IMG/VR virus record: IMGVR_UViG_3300010357_000155
DNA length: 64,000 bases
Source: an uncultured virus (IMG/VR IMGVR_UViG_3300010357_000155)
Taxonomy: Duplodnaviria > Heunggongvirae > Uroviricota > Caudoviricetes
Direction: 5' to 3' (one strand)
Shown here in pieces: positions 1-8,859 of the stretch. The notes beneath the pieces are model-generated. The model searched no databases. It was not told where the DNA came from and saw only the letters and a program-made list of their open reading frames with translations. How positions within the stretch are numbered: the stretch's first letter is position 1; each line of letters opens with the position of its first letter. The position numbers and the translations under genes were made by a program.

Positions 1-1
1 C

Positions 2-91
2 CCAATAAAATCTACTACCTGTTTGCTTGTTTCGTCATGGGAACCTGCAAGCTGTTATCCTCTAACCATCAGGTATGAGTTTGACTATTAA
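2..91 (+). CDS. 3' end of a gene entering the window (…SWEPASCYPLTIRYEFDY*)
   Basis: Open frame from position 2 to TAA at 89-91, immediately followed by a strong hairpin. Confidence 0.4.
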   Translation, partial: PIKSTTCLLVSSWEPASCYPLTIRYEFDY

Positions 92-92
92 C

Positions 93-121
93 CCTCAGGT
101 GACTCACGAGGTCACCTGAGG
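93..121 (+). terminator. Intrinsic terminator hairpin
   Basis: CCTCAGGTGAC-tcacgag-GTCACCTGAGG followed by a T-rich tract. Confidence 0.7.
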
Positions 122-178
122 AGTTTATATTTTTTTATTTTCCCAAGAATTCTTTAGTTAATACAAAAGGTTTTCGTG

Positions 179-2584
179 ATGAAGATACTCTACCTTAAAC
201 TGGTAAACTTTAAACGATTTCCACTCCGGGATATAGAAGTATTCGAACACCACTTTAAGTCCAAACTTTTAATGGTGACAGGTCCTAATGGATGTGGTAA
301 GTCATCACTCTTTAATGAGCTTACACCTTTACCATCTGATAAGAATAATTTTAATAAAGGTGGATATAAAGAAATTCATATCGAGAAAGATAAACAAATA
401 TACAGACTTATCTCCGACTTTACTGACGGAGCTAAGTTCTACTTTTATCTTGATGATGAGAATCTAAACGCATCGCATAATGTTACAACACAACGAGAAC
501 TTGTGTTTATGTATTTCTGTATCACACCAACGATTCATGATATCCTGATTGGTGTTGAGAACTTTACTGATATGTCTTTGTTGAATCGAAAGAAGTTATT
601 TAATTCGATTACACATCTGAACATTGATAAGATCATTGACAACTATAATACACTTAAAGAAGAACATAAGAACAATGAGTTCCTTCTTAAGACTCAGGTT
701 TCTTTATCTTTAGCTGAAGAACAAAAGCTAATCAATAAAGACCATCTTGAAAACCTTATGAATAATCAGAAACAGATTAAAGAGTATATTGATCTGTTGT
801 TAGAAATTCGTACAAATATCTATCACCATGTAAAAGGTACAAGTATCACTGAGGCTTCTCAGAATTATCTTGATATCTTAGAAAGAATAAAAACTGTTAC
901 TTTTCAGTACTATAATTATTTAACATCTTATCCTACTGATGAACGAAATACTTATCGTGCTAAACTTGATATCATTGACTATAAACTAGATAATCTTTAT
1001 AACCTTTTAGAATCTAAACAAAAAGAAATTAATATTCTTAATCTAAATAAACAACATGATATTATTGCTTTAAAAACAGAACTAGATACACTTAACTATA
1101 ATCGTACTAAGATCTTTAATAGTCTTAGATTGTTTACAGTACTTGATAGACCTATAGAATATTTCCGTAATGATATCTATAAACTAGAAGTATCATTGAC
1201 AGATATTCTTTTAACGATACCGATTAATCAAAATAAAAAGTTTTCTAAAGAAAAATATGAAGCTCTTCTAACTTCTAAAAAAGAAGTTCTTGAAGACTTA
1301 GGTAAATGTATTAACAGAGAGTCTGAAGTCAGTCGTGACATTCAGCATCTTATTCAGCATAAAGAAAATGTGACCTGTCCTCAGTGTTCTCATACATGGT
1401 CGCCTTTAGATACTAATGTTAACATGGCAAATCTTAAAGCTGAGCGGAAAAAGCTTTTAGAAACTATTGCTAAACGACAAACAGAAACTGTACAACTTGA
1501 TAAAGATATTAATGAGTTGTTAGAATATTTTGCAATTTATAAACAGTATGCATCTTTACGTAATGCAACTTATGAAAATTTAAAACCTTTCTGGAAACAT
1601 GTCGACGATTTTGAATTTATCTTTAAAGATCCGACACAAATAAGTATGTGGTTAAAGATAGCTACTAATGAAATAGAAAGTCTATCACAAACTGAAACAA
1701 TGTATGAAAAGATTCAAGAATTGTCTAAGAGTATTCAGGTATTGGGATCAATGAAAGATACCAACCTGTCACATCTTGAAAGTATTATAGAAGATACAAA
1801 CGAAGAGATTTCCCTGCTTCAAATTGAAAAAGATGAAGTTAAGAGTCATATTCGTAATAATGAAATAGCTGTAACAGGATATTCCATCTTAAACACGTCA
1901 CGAAGCCTTCTAGAACGCGCTACAAGCAATTTGCAAGATGCAAATGTATCGTTCACTACCCAAGAAGTTTTAAACGTCATAGAGAGCGAACTAAGCAAAT
2001 ATAAGGTTATTCTTATTGAGACTGAACGTGAGATCAATAACTATAACAATATCAAATATACGATAGATAAATATAAGAAAACGATTGACGATATTCAATC
2101 TAACATTAAAGTGTTGGATATTATTCTTAATGAGATTTCTCCTAAAAATGGTTTAATTGCTAAGTCAGTTAGCAGTTTCTTGAATATCATTATTGAAAAC
2201 ATTAACGCAATCATCAATACAGTTTGGGATTACAAGATGATCCTGAAAGCTATCAATGTAGAAGATGAAGTGCTGAACTATAAATTTAAAGTTGAAGTAG
2301 AAGATAAGATCACTATTGAAGATATTGCCAAGATTAGTTCAGGAATGAAGGAGATTGTGAATTTGAGTTTTAAGACTTTGATTTATAAGTTATTGAAGCT
2401 TGAAAACTATCCTGTGTTCCTTGATGAATTTGGTGTTAAACTAGATAAGGTTCATCGTAGTAAGATTAGCGAACTTGTCTTTAAGATGATGAATAGTAAT
2501 TACTATAGCCAGATATTTTTGATTACACATATCGAAACTAGTTATGCAATCTTTAAAGATGTAGAAGTACTTGAGTTAAGTTAA
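179..2584 (+). CDS. sbcC: SbcC/Rad50-like SMC ATPase (phiKZ gp165-like)
   Basis: Walker A GPNGCGKS, long coiled coil with central CPQC zinc hook, signature SSGMKE, Walker B VFLDE, H-loop ITH. Confidence 0.92.
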   Translation: MKILYLKLVNFKRFPLRDIEVFEHHFKSKLLMVTGPNGCGKSSLFNELTPLPSDKNNFNKGGYKEIHIEKDKQIYRLISDFTDGAKFYFYLDDENLNASHNVTTQRELVFMYFCITPTIHDILIGVENFTDMSLLNRKKLFNSITHLNIDKIIDNYNTLKEEHKNNEFLLKTQVSLSLAEEQKLINKDHLENLMNNQKQIKEYIDLLLEIRTNIYHHVKGTSITEASQNYLDILERIKTVTFQYYNYLTSYPTDERNTYRAKLDIIDYKLDNLYNLLESKQKEINILNLNKQHDIIALKTELDTLNYNRTKIFNSLRLFTVLDRPIEYFRNDIYKLEVSLTDILLTIPINQNKKFSKEKYEALLTSKKEVLEDLGKCINRESEVSRDIQHLIQHKENVTCPQCSHTWSPLDTNVNMANLKAERKKLLETIAKRQTETVQLDKDINELLEYFAIYKQYASLRNATYENLKPFWKHVDDFEFIFKDPTQISMWLKIATNEIESLSQTETMYEKIQELSKSIQVLGSMKDTNLSHLESIIEDTNEEISLLQIEKDEVKSHIRNNEIAVTGYSILNTSRSLLERATSNLQDANVSFTTQEVLNVIESELSKYKVILIETEREINNYNNIKYTIDKYKKTIDDIQSNIKVLDIILNEISPKNGLIAKSVSSFLNIIIENINAIINTVWDYKMILKAINVEDEVLNYKFKVEVEDKITIEDIAKISSGMKEIVNLSFKTLIYKLLKLENYPVFLDEFGVKLDKVHRSKISELVFKMMNSNYYSQIFLITHIETSYAIFKDVEVLELS

Positions 2585-2590
2585 AAAAAA

Positions 2591-2617
2591 AAGAAGAGGG
2601 GTCACTCCCCTCTTCTT
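2591..2617. terminator. Bidirectional terminator between convergent genes
   Basis: AAGAAGAGGGG-tcact-CCCCTCTTCTT, preceded by an A run. Confidence 0.7.
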
Positions 2618-2618
2618 C

Positions 2619-2852
2619 TTATTCCTTTTCGGTAATTAGTTCTTCTGGAAGATTGATTGCTGTTCGCCAACCATCGACAAACTTAACCTGCCAGATGATC
2701 TTCGAATCACCAGCTTCGGTGATCCAGATGAGGTGATGTCCACCTTGTTTTTCTTTCACAAAGGCAACATGCATCACGAGATCCATCCTGATTCTCATTG
2801 CAATGTTATTCATCGCAGTGGGTAGTTTTGCTGTAATGATGTTTCTCATCAT
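2619..2852 (-). CDS. Hypothetical protein
   Basis: ATGA overlap with the upstream gene's stop; ORF MMRNIITAKLP…EKE. Confidence 0.6.
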   Translation of the reverse strand: MMRNIITAKLPTAMNNIAMRIRMDLVMHVAFVKEKQGGHHLIWITEAGDSKIIWQVKFVDGWRTAINLPEELITEKE

Positions 2853-3169
2853 ACACCTCCACAATCTGGACAGCAAGGCCATCCAACCGCTCCAGGACCG
2901 TACATCTCTTCTTGGGAGATTAATGGTTTATCTGAACCACAATAACCGCATTTATGAGGAACATTTTTTAGTTCTTCATCTTGTTCTGCATCTTCTTCTG
3001 CTCTACAGATAGCACATGAATGTACAGAGTAGGTAATGATGTCATTTTCACCTACCATACTAACACACCCACCTGCATCAAGTTCGACTTCAGCATCAAA
3101 CTCTTCTTTAGTAGTTTCCTTTTGTTTGAATGAACCACATGCACATTCCCGATGGATAAAGTATCCCAT
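2849..3169 (-). CDS. Small Cys-rich, probably zinc-binding early protein
   Basis: CAC, CAIC, CGYC and CPDC motifs; AAGGAG RBS; early promoter motif upstream. Confidence 0.7.
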   Translation of the reverse strand: MGYFIHRECACGSFKQKETTKEEFDAEVELDAGGCVSMVGENDIITYSVHSCAICRAEEDAEQDEELKNVPHKCGYCGSDKPLISQEEMYGPGAVGWPCCPDCGGV

Positions 3170-3208
3170 TTTGAATTCTCCTTACACAGTTAAGTGTATT
3201 ATAGACAG

Positions 3209-3238
3209 TTAATATATATGTAATTGTAAAAAATTCAG
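3209..3238 (-). promoter_or_regulatory. Candidate early (virion RNAP) promoter
   Basis: Minus strand TGAA-N12-ACATATATATTA; same motif upstream of many minus-strand genes. Confidence 0.6.
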
Positions 3239-3244
3239 TAGAAG

Positions 3245-3272
3245 ATAAGACGAGGATCACACCTCGTCTTAT
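3245..3272 (-). terminator. Terminator hairpin, same stem as 3539-3566
   Basis: ATAAGACGAGG-atcaca-CCTCGTCTTAT. Confidence 0.7.
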
Positions 3273-3274
3273 TT

Positions 3275-3478
3275 TTATTCTGTCACAATACAACCACAAG
3301 CAGGACAAACATGTACATCTGTAGGTGTTGTACCTTGTACAGAGTTTGTCGCAAACCTGGCCATGCAAACACGATTACCGTTAACCAGTAACTGAAAGAA
3401 TTGACCTTTCCCACCATCCAGACCGGTAGGATTCTCAGGACTATTTTCATTAACATAGTCACAATGATTACACTTCAT
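3275..3478 (-). CDS. Small zinc-ribbon protein
   Basis: CNHC…CPAC; AGGGAG RBS. Confidence 0.65.
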   Translation of the reverse strand: MKCNHCDYVNENSPENPTGLDGGKGQFFQLLVNGNRVCMARFATNSVQGTTPTDVHVCPACGCIVTE

Positions 3479-3538
3479 AATTACTCCCTTATATTGTTTA
3501 TTTTTGACAGATTATATAATACCAAAAAATTTAGAAGA

Positions 3539-3566
3539 ATAAGACGAGGAAAAATCCTCGTCTTAT
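3539..3566 (-). terminator. Terminator hairpin after Kelch fibre gene 1
   Basis: ATAAGACGAGG-aaaaat-CCTCGTCTTAT. Confidence 0.7.
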
Positions 3567-3575
3567 CTTTATTGA

Positions 3576-6407
3576 TTAGTACTTGATATAATGATAAAGA
3601 CCACTTACATCTATAGCAGACATATCTGGAAGCTTAAACAAAGTAGAAGGATTGGCAGGTTCTAACGGTGTGATAGTACCATTATAGTACGGTGAATAGT
3701 CATTAAGACCTTCAGAAATATTAACATAGTAAACATTTGGTGTTATAGTGCCAGAACCAGTAACACCACTCATTAAGTATAGTCTATTATTTGTAGTAAT
3801 AAGTCCACTGTATCTTAAAGATACTGGTAAATTTGCTGCTTGAGCCCATCCAGTCATTGTACCGTCAAGTTTAATAAATATATAATATACAGAATTTAAT
3901 GTTCCAGACCCATTTATTCCACCTAATAGATAAATAACATTATTGGTAATATAAATTTGATTTTCTGCTATTCCTATAGGTATTGCACCATGAATACTCC
4001 AACCACCAATTATCCCATCTGAATTGATAGTAGCTGTATATATATTTGTATTGTAATCAACATAAGGTTGACCATTCCAACCGCCAATTAAATATATTCG
4101 ATTTTTAGTTATTATGGATCTAAATCCCATTAAAATAGTAGGTAGTGAAGTTGATGACACCCAATTACCCAATGATCCATCACTATTAATCGTAGAATAA
4201 TAAACAGAATTTAAAGCAGTCGTACCGTTAGTCCCGCCTAAAATATAAAGTTTATCTTTAGTGATAACAGCTTGAAATGTTGAAAGTAATGTAGGTAAAG
4301 TTAAATTACTTAAACTCCAGTTACCCAATGTTCCGTCACTATTGATTGTTGCAACATAAATGCTATTTAATCGTCCAGTTACTAGACCATAATCACTCGA
4401 ACCACCTAAAATATAAACTTTATTTTTAACTACAATAGTTTCAGCTCCGTAAAAACTAATCGGGAAAGGCGTCGTAGTTGTCCAAGTACCTAATGAACCA
4501 TCAGCGTTAATAACTGCAGTATAAATAGTATTTGTTAATGAAGTTCCGTTCCAACCACCAATCATGTAAACACGATTTTTAGTAGCAACACTCACCCCGA
4601 AAAATAATCCACTAGGCATTGCTGTACCTGTCACCCAACCTGTAATATTACCAGTATGAGACATGTTAATTTGGTATTGTTGTTGCCAAGGTTTACCTGA
4701 ACCAGGCATCATATAGTTAGAAATTAAATCTTCGTAGTATGGTGAATAGTCATTTATGCTAGAACTAAAGGGTGTACTTATAACAGCAGAACTATACGTT
4801 GTTCCGTTACTTCCACCAAGCAAATGTATTTTATTTTTAGTTATGATAACTTGTGATGTGTTTATATTAGAAGGTAAAGAGGTACCTGTTGTCCAAGTAC
4901 CTAATGTACCATCGACATTAATAGGAGCAGTATAAACACTAGACAAGGCGCCTGATGCATTACTACCACCAAATAAATAAACACGGTTCTTGGTAACAGC
5001 TGCTTGTGCATATCTAACAACAGCAGGTAAAGAGGTACCTGTTGTCCAAGTGCCTAAAGTACCATCAGCGTTAATGATGGCAGTATAAACTGTAGCAGTC
5101 GCTCCGGTTGTACTTTCACCACCTAAGAGGTAAACACGGTTCTTAGTGACAGCAGCTTGTGAATACGCTAAACCGCCAGGCAAAGAAGTGTCTGTAATCC
5201 ATGTACCTATACTTCCATCTGGATTTAAAGGAGCAGAATAAACAGAACTAACAATTGTTGGTGTAAAACCACCTAAATAATAAATTCTTGTTTTTGTTAC
5301 AATAGCTTGTCCACCACTTGTGGCTGCTGGTAATGTTGAAACAGCACCCCATGTACCTATGGTTCCGTCACTATTAATCGCAGCAGTATAAACAGTTGAA
5401 CTGTATACTGTACCACTGTAACCAGCCACCAGATAAATACGGTTCTTAGTGACAATAGCCTGAGATACACCTAACGGTCCTGGTAAGGCTGTGCCAGTTG
5501 TCCATGAACCTAAAGACCCGTCGATGTTAATAACAGCAGTATACACAATAGATGAATACGCTGAACCATTCCAACCACCAAATAAATAAACACGGTTCTT
5601 GGTAACAACTGCTGATGACCAACCTAAAGCACCAGGTAATGCTGTACCAGCTGTCCAAGTGTTTAATTCGGATAATTGAGTATTATTAATATCATACTGT
5701 TGTTGCCAAGGCTTACCAGATCCAATCATATTAAAACTTGTATCTGAGTTACCGATTATAGCATAAAGATCAGCATATGATGTTTTATCAACAAGAGCAC
5801 CATTACACTTTAAGAATCCAACAGGTGTGGTTGAGTAAGATTTACGAACAATATCACCAGTTTTAGCAGAAGATAAACTATTAACCATTCCGTCTACATA
5901 CTGCTTTGTTACAAGATTTTCAGAAGTAGATGGGTTACTAGATAAATTCAAAGCACCAGTCATCAATACACCTGAAACTGGAACACCGTTAGTGATACCA
6001 TAACCATTAAGTGTTGATGGTTTATCCGAGATAATTTTATCGAATCCGATATTAGGGATATCAGATCCTGCTAACACTGTGCCGTTTGTAACACGACCCT
6101 TTTCATTAACAACAATCTTACCATATTCAGCAGCAGTAACACCACTGTTAGAAAGATTGATTGTGTTAGATCCGGCTTCGTTACTCACATCACCTGAAAA
6201 AACAGGTAAACGTGCAATAGCTAAAGTACCGGTTGTAAAATTACTTGCATTCAGAGTCTGAAGCTCTGCGTCGATATAGGCTTTGGTTGCAGCTTCAAGA
6301 GGGAGTTGTGGGTTTCTTGAAAGCATCAATGGACCAGAGAGTGTACCACCACTCTGATCTAAACCACCTTGCGATTGTCCACCGCTTCTGATTACGTCAA
6401 TTTTCAT
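3576..6407 (-). CDS. Tail fibre/receptor-binding protein with split tail-collar domain and two 6-bladed Kelch propellers (paralog 1)
   Basis: N-terminal fibre motifs (ATKAYID, VNEKGRVT, PSTLNGYGIT); collar GDIV…GFLKCNG…YADLYAIIG; 12 Kelch blades (VTKNRVYLxGG…DGTLGxW); C-terminal FKLPD. Confidence 0.75.
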   Translation of the reverse strand: MKIDVIRSGGQSQGGLDQSGGTLSGPLMLSRNPQLPLEAATKAYIDAELQTLNASNFTTGTLAIARLPVFSGDVSNEAGSNTINLSNSGVTAAEYGKIVVNEKGRVTNGTVLAGSDIPNIGFDKIISDKPSTLNGYGITNGVPVSGVLMTGALNLSSNPSTSENLVTKQYVDGMVNSLSSAKTGDIVRKSYSTTPVGFLKCNGALVDKTSYADLYAIIGNSDTSFNMIGSGKPWQQQYDINNTQLSELNTWTAGTALPGALGWSSAVVTKNRVYLFGGWNGSAYSSIVYTAVINIDGSLGSWTTGTALPGPLGVSQAIVTKNRIYLVAGYSGTVYSSTVYTAAINSDGTIGTWGAVSTLPAATSGGQAIVTKTRIYYLGGFTPTIVSSVYSAPLNPDGSIGTWITDTSLPGGLAYSQAAVTKNRVYLLGGESTTGATATVYTAIINADGTLGTWTTGTSLPAVVRYAQAAVTKNRVYLFGGSNASGALSSVYTAPINVDGTLGTWTTGTSLPSNINTSQVIITKNKIHLLGGSNGTTYSSAVISTPFSSSINDYSPYYEDLISNYMMPGSGKPWQQQYQINMSHTGNITGWVTGTAMPSGLFFGVSVATKNRVYMIGGWNGTSLTNTIYTAVINADGSLGTWTTTTPFPISFYGAETIVVKNKVYILGGSSDYGLVTGRLNSIYVATINSDGTLGNWSLSNLTLPTLLSTFQAVITKDKLYILGGTNGTTALNSVYYSTINSDGSLGNWVSSTSLPTILMGFRSIITKNRIYLIGGWNGQPYVDYNTNIYTATINSDGIIGGWSIHGAIPIGIAENQIYITNNVIYLLGGINGSGTLNSVYYIFIKLDGTMTGWAQAANLPVSLRYSGLITTNNRLYLMSGVTGSGTITPNVYYVNISEGLNDYSPYYNGTITPLEPANPSTLFKLPDMSAIDVSGLYHYIKY

Positions 6408-6441
6408 TTAAATGACTCCTAAGTCTGAAGATTAAAGATTA

Positions 6442-7227
6442 TTACCAAGAGGCTAACTTGTTGGTCTTAACTTTACCCTCAAGACCTTTGAGGATATCGC
6501 TATACAAAGTTCTACTGTCCTCAGTCGCAAACTGGGTACACATATTACTTTGCAAAACTTTCTTAAGAATAGCACGATCAACGATAGAATCAGTCAGTTC
6601 GGTAATAACCAGATTTTCTGTACTAATTGATTCCAGACCAGGAGTATGTGCCTTACAAGCAACATTAATACCCGGTTCAATGACATGATCCCACGTGATA
6701 ATATTCGTGAGAATACGTTCAACACGACCATTTTTATATTTATTTTCTGTCAGACCACGAATAGAGAAAGCAGCATTTTGCTTAGGATTTTCCAAAGCAA
6801 GTTGTAATGCGTTTGCTTTTGAACCAGCAGGTTTAACCTTACCGATAATAGCAATCATATCCGGGTTGTTAAATTGTGGGTTAGCCTTACCGTAGTTAAA
6901 GTCAAGACTTAGTTCACAAATATGACCACAGACATTGCCTTCATCAATAGTAATGATGCGTTGATAGAAAGCTTCCATCGTCATACCGGTTTGTTTCTTC
7001 GGATGACCCAGTTCAGCATACAACGAACCATTCTTAATACGACGCATCAGATGTGACGAGTTTTCAAACAGTTGAAGTGCACCTTCAGCTGTGTAATATT
7101 CACCAGCACTGTTATAGGTATTTAAAGCACCCAGAACGATTGGGTAATAACCGTTTGAATCTGGTGTTAAGATACCACTTTTAGAATTGCTAGAAAAGAT
7201 AGTCTCAGTAAACTTGACGACTTCCAT
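6442..7227 (-). CDS. Prohead/head maturation serine protease (phiKZ gp175-like)
   Basis: GYYxIVLGALN, ELGHP, FSIRG, TWDxVxEPGI motifs; C-terminal GLE/S candidate self-cleavage site. Confidence 0.85.
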   Translation of the reverse strand: MEVVKFTETIFSSNSKSGILTPDSNGYYPIVLGALNTYNSAGEYYTAEGALQLFENSSHLMRRIKNGSLYAELGHPKKQTGMTMEAFYQRIITIDEGNVCGHICELSLDFNYGKANPQFNNPDMIAIIGKVKPAGSKANALQLALENPKQNAAFSIRGLTENKYKNGRVERILTNIITWDHVIEPGINVACKAHTPGLESISTENLVITELTDSIVDRAILKKVLQSNMCTQFATEDSRTLYSDILKGLEGKVKTNKLASW

Positions 7228-7280
7228 TATTATCACCTTTTACCAAAAAAAGTCCGAGAAATAAGATCAAAAGATAAAGA

Positions 7281-7309
7281 ATCACCAGAGGGAGTTACCC
7301 TCTGGTGAT
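7281..7309 (-). terminator. Terminator hairpin (CCAGAGGG family)
   Basis: ATCACCAGAGGG-agtta-CCCTCTGGTGAT. Confidence 0.7.
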
Positions 7310-7316
7310 GTCTTGT

Positions 7317-7571
7317 TTAGCTTTGTGCTTGGGAAATATAAACCATTGATAAACAAGTCTTTACCAATTGTAATAAGTCTTTACCATAATTATCAAACTT
7401 ATATTCTTTTCTTTTTACTTTAGGCATATATTCACAATACCAATTATTATCTGTGTGTGTTATAGTGACTTGACCATACATTTTTAATTCTTCTAATAGA
7501 TCTTCTAGAGTTCTATTTTCGACGAATTCTTGTATCAGGTTGTTTGCGTCACTTGGTGATATACGACGCAT
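7317..7571 (-). CDS. Hypothetical protein
   Basis: 84-aa ORF packed in tandem with its neighbour. Confidence 0.6.
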   Translation of the reverse strand: MRRISPSDANNLIQEFVENRTLEDLLEELKMYGQVTITHTDNNWYCEYMPKVKRKEYKFDNYGKDLLQLVKTCLSMVYISQAQS

Positions 7572-7577
7572 GTAATT

Positions 7578-7880
7578 TTATTTACGATTCTTTTTCTTAG
7601 ATTTATCAGCAATCTTCTTACGCTGTTTTTCTCTTTTCTTTTGTTCAGCAGATTTCGTAAACTCTTTCTTGTTACGAATAGCTTCTTCCATACGAGCTAG
7701 TTGCTCTTTACGTTTTTGATTTTCCTCAGGTGATAAGGTAGGGTCATCTTTATAACCACCCATGGCTTGCATCTGACGAACATCACGCATAGTGCGTGGC
7801 ATCTGTGCTGGTAATGGTTCATCACCAAAATGGATGAAACGGTTCAAATCAATATCAGGGTTAGGCGGTTGAATATTCAT
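7578..7880 (-). CDS. Hypothetical basic protein
   Basis: GAGGA RBS; Lys/Arg-rich C-terminus (KKREKQRKKIADKSKKKNRK). Confidence 0.65.
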   Translation of the reverse strand: MNIQPPNPDIDLNRFIHFGDEPLPAQMPRTMRDVRQMQAMGGYKDDPTLSPEENQKRKEQLARMEEAIRNKKEFTKSAEQKKREKQRKKIADKSKKKNRK

Positions 7881-7934
7881 GACAGTTCCTCTATTCAGGT
7901 GTTATTTATCACTACATATAAATAAATGTAAAAA

Positions 7935-7962
7935 ACTACTAGAGGATTTCTCCCCTAGTAGT
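7935..7962 (-). terminator. Terminator after tail tube gene
   Basis: ACTACTAG…CTAGTAGT hairpin with minus-strand T run. Confidence 0.6.
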
Positions 7963-7971
7963 CTTTGAGTT

Positions 7972-8850
7972 TTAACGAGTCATGTTGCTAACGGCAGTGC
8001 TACCGACAGCTTCAGTCCAGGACTTATAACCATTCGTGTTAGCAGCAGCAACGTCAGCAGAGATCTTGTTAACAAAGCCAGGACGCATGAACGGATCAGC
8101 GTTAGCAGTGTTAATGTTATCCAGGATCGTTTGTGCGAACTGGTTAACACCAAGACCATATTGAGAGATGCCCGAGAAGTCGATGTCAAGCGTCAACATT
8201 TCCTGGGAACCGGTCAGGTCACGTTTAGCCGTAATGTCACCGTTTGCAAGCGGGAACATATTGGTTGTGATCCAAGCCTTATCAATCTTCTTATGCATGG
8301 GGTCCGGAACCATGAACAGGCAAGTAGCCGAATACCAGTCAGCCAAGAGATCCTTGACTTCAGATTTGTTCATGGTGCCCAGCAGCGCATACTTGGTTTC
8401 CGGGTCCATAAGACCATAACGAATCCAGTATTCAAGCAGCGTCTGAATAGGACGACCATACTTTTCGATAAATGTAAACTTAGGAGTAGAACGCTCACGG
8501 GTAACGTTCACAACTTCTTGTTGCTGCTCGCCTGCACCACCAACCGGATGCTCTTCAGTGTCAACCTTCAGACCTGCTTGCATACCGTCAATGGTTCTAG
8601 CATGCAGCTCGAACAGAGCTTTCAGGCTGGAGATCCACTTCTGGCTATCAGGCATGACGGTGAACATTCTCGGAGCTTCGAGAAGGATACAAATCAGCGG
8701 ACGAGAAACGTATGCTTGATTGCTAACCCATTCTGTCAGATTAGGAGCCCAGCCGTGTTGGCCGCCAGCTTTCAAATCAAGAATAGGACGATCAATGTCT
8801 CTGGTGTAAGCACCAGTAATCAGGGCGTCAGTTAAGCGACTCATGTTCAT
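7972..8850 (-). CDS. Tail tube protein (phiKZ gp30-like)
   Basis: Directly downstream of the sheath; WVSNQAYV, LLEAPR, EKYGRPI, GLMDPETK; GC-richer codon bias typical of abundant proteins. Confidence 0.85.
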   Translation of the reverse strand: MNMSRLTDALITGAYTRDIDRPILDLKAGGQHGWAPNLTEWVSNQAYVSRPLICILLEAPRMFTVMPDSQKWISSLKALFELHARTIDGMQAGLKVDTEEHPVGGAGEQQQEVVNVTRERSTPKFTFIEKYGRPIQTLLEYWIRYGLMDPETKYALLGTMNKSEVKDLLADWYSATCLFMVPDPMHKKIDKAWITTNMFPLANGDITAKRDLTGSQEMLTLDIDFSGISQYGLGVNQFAQTILDNINTANADPFMRPGFVNKISADVAAANTNGYKSWTEAVGSTAVSNMTR

Positions 8851-8859
8851 TTTCTCCTA

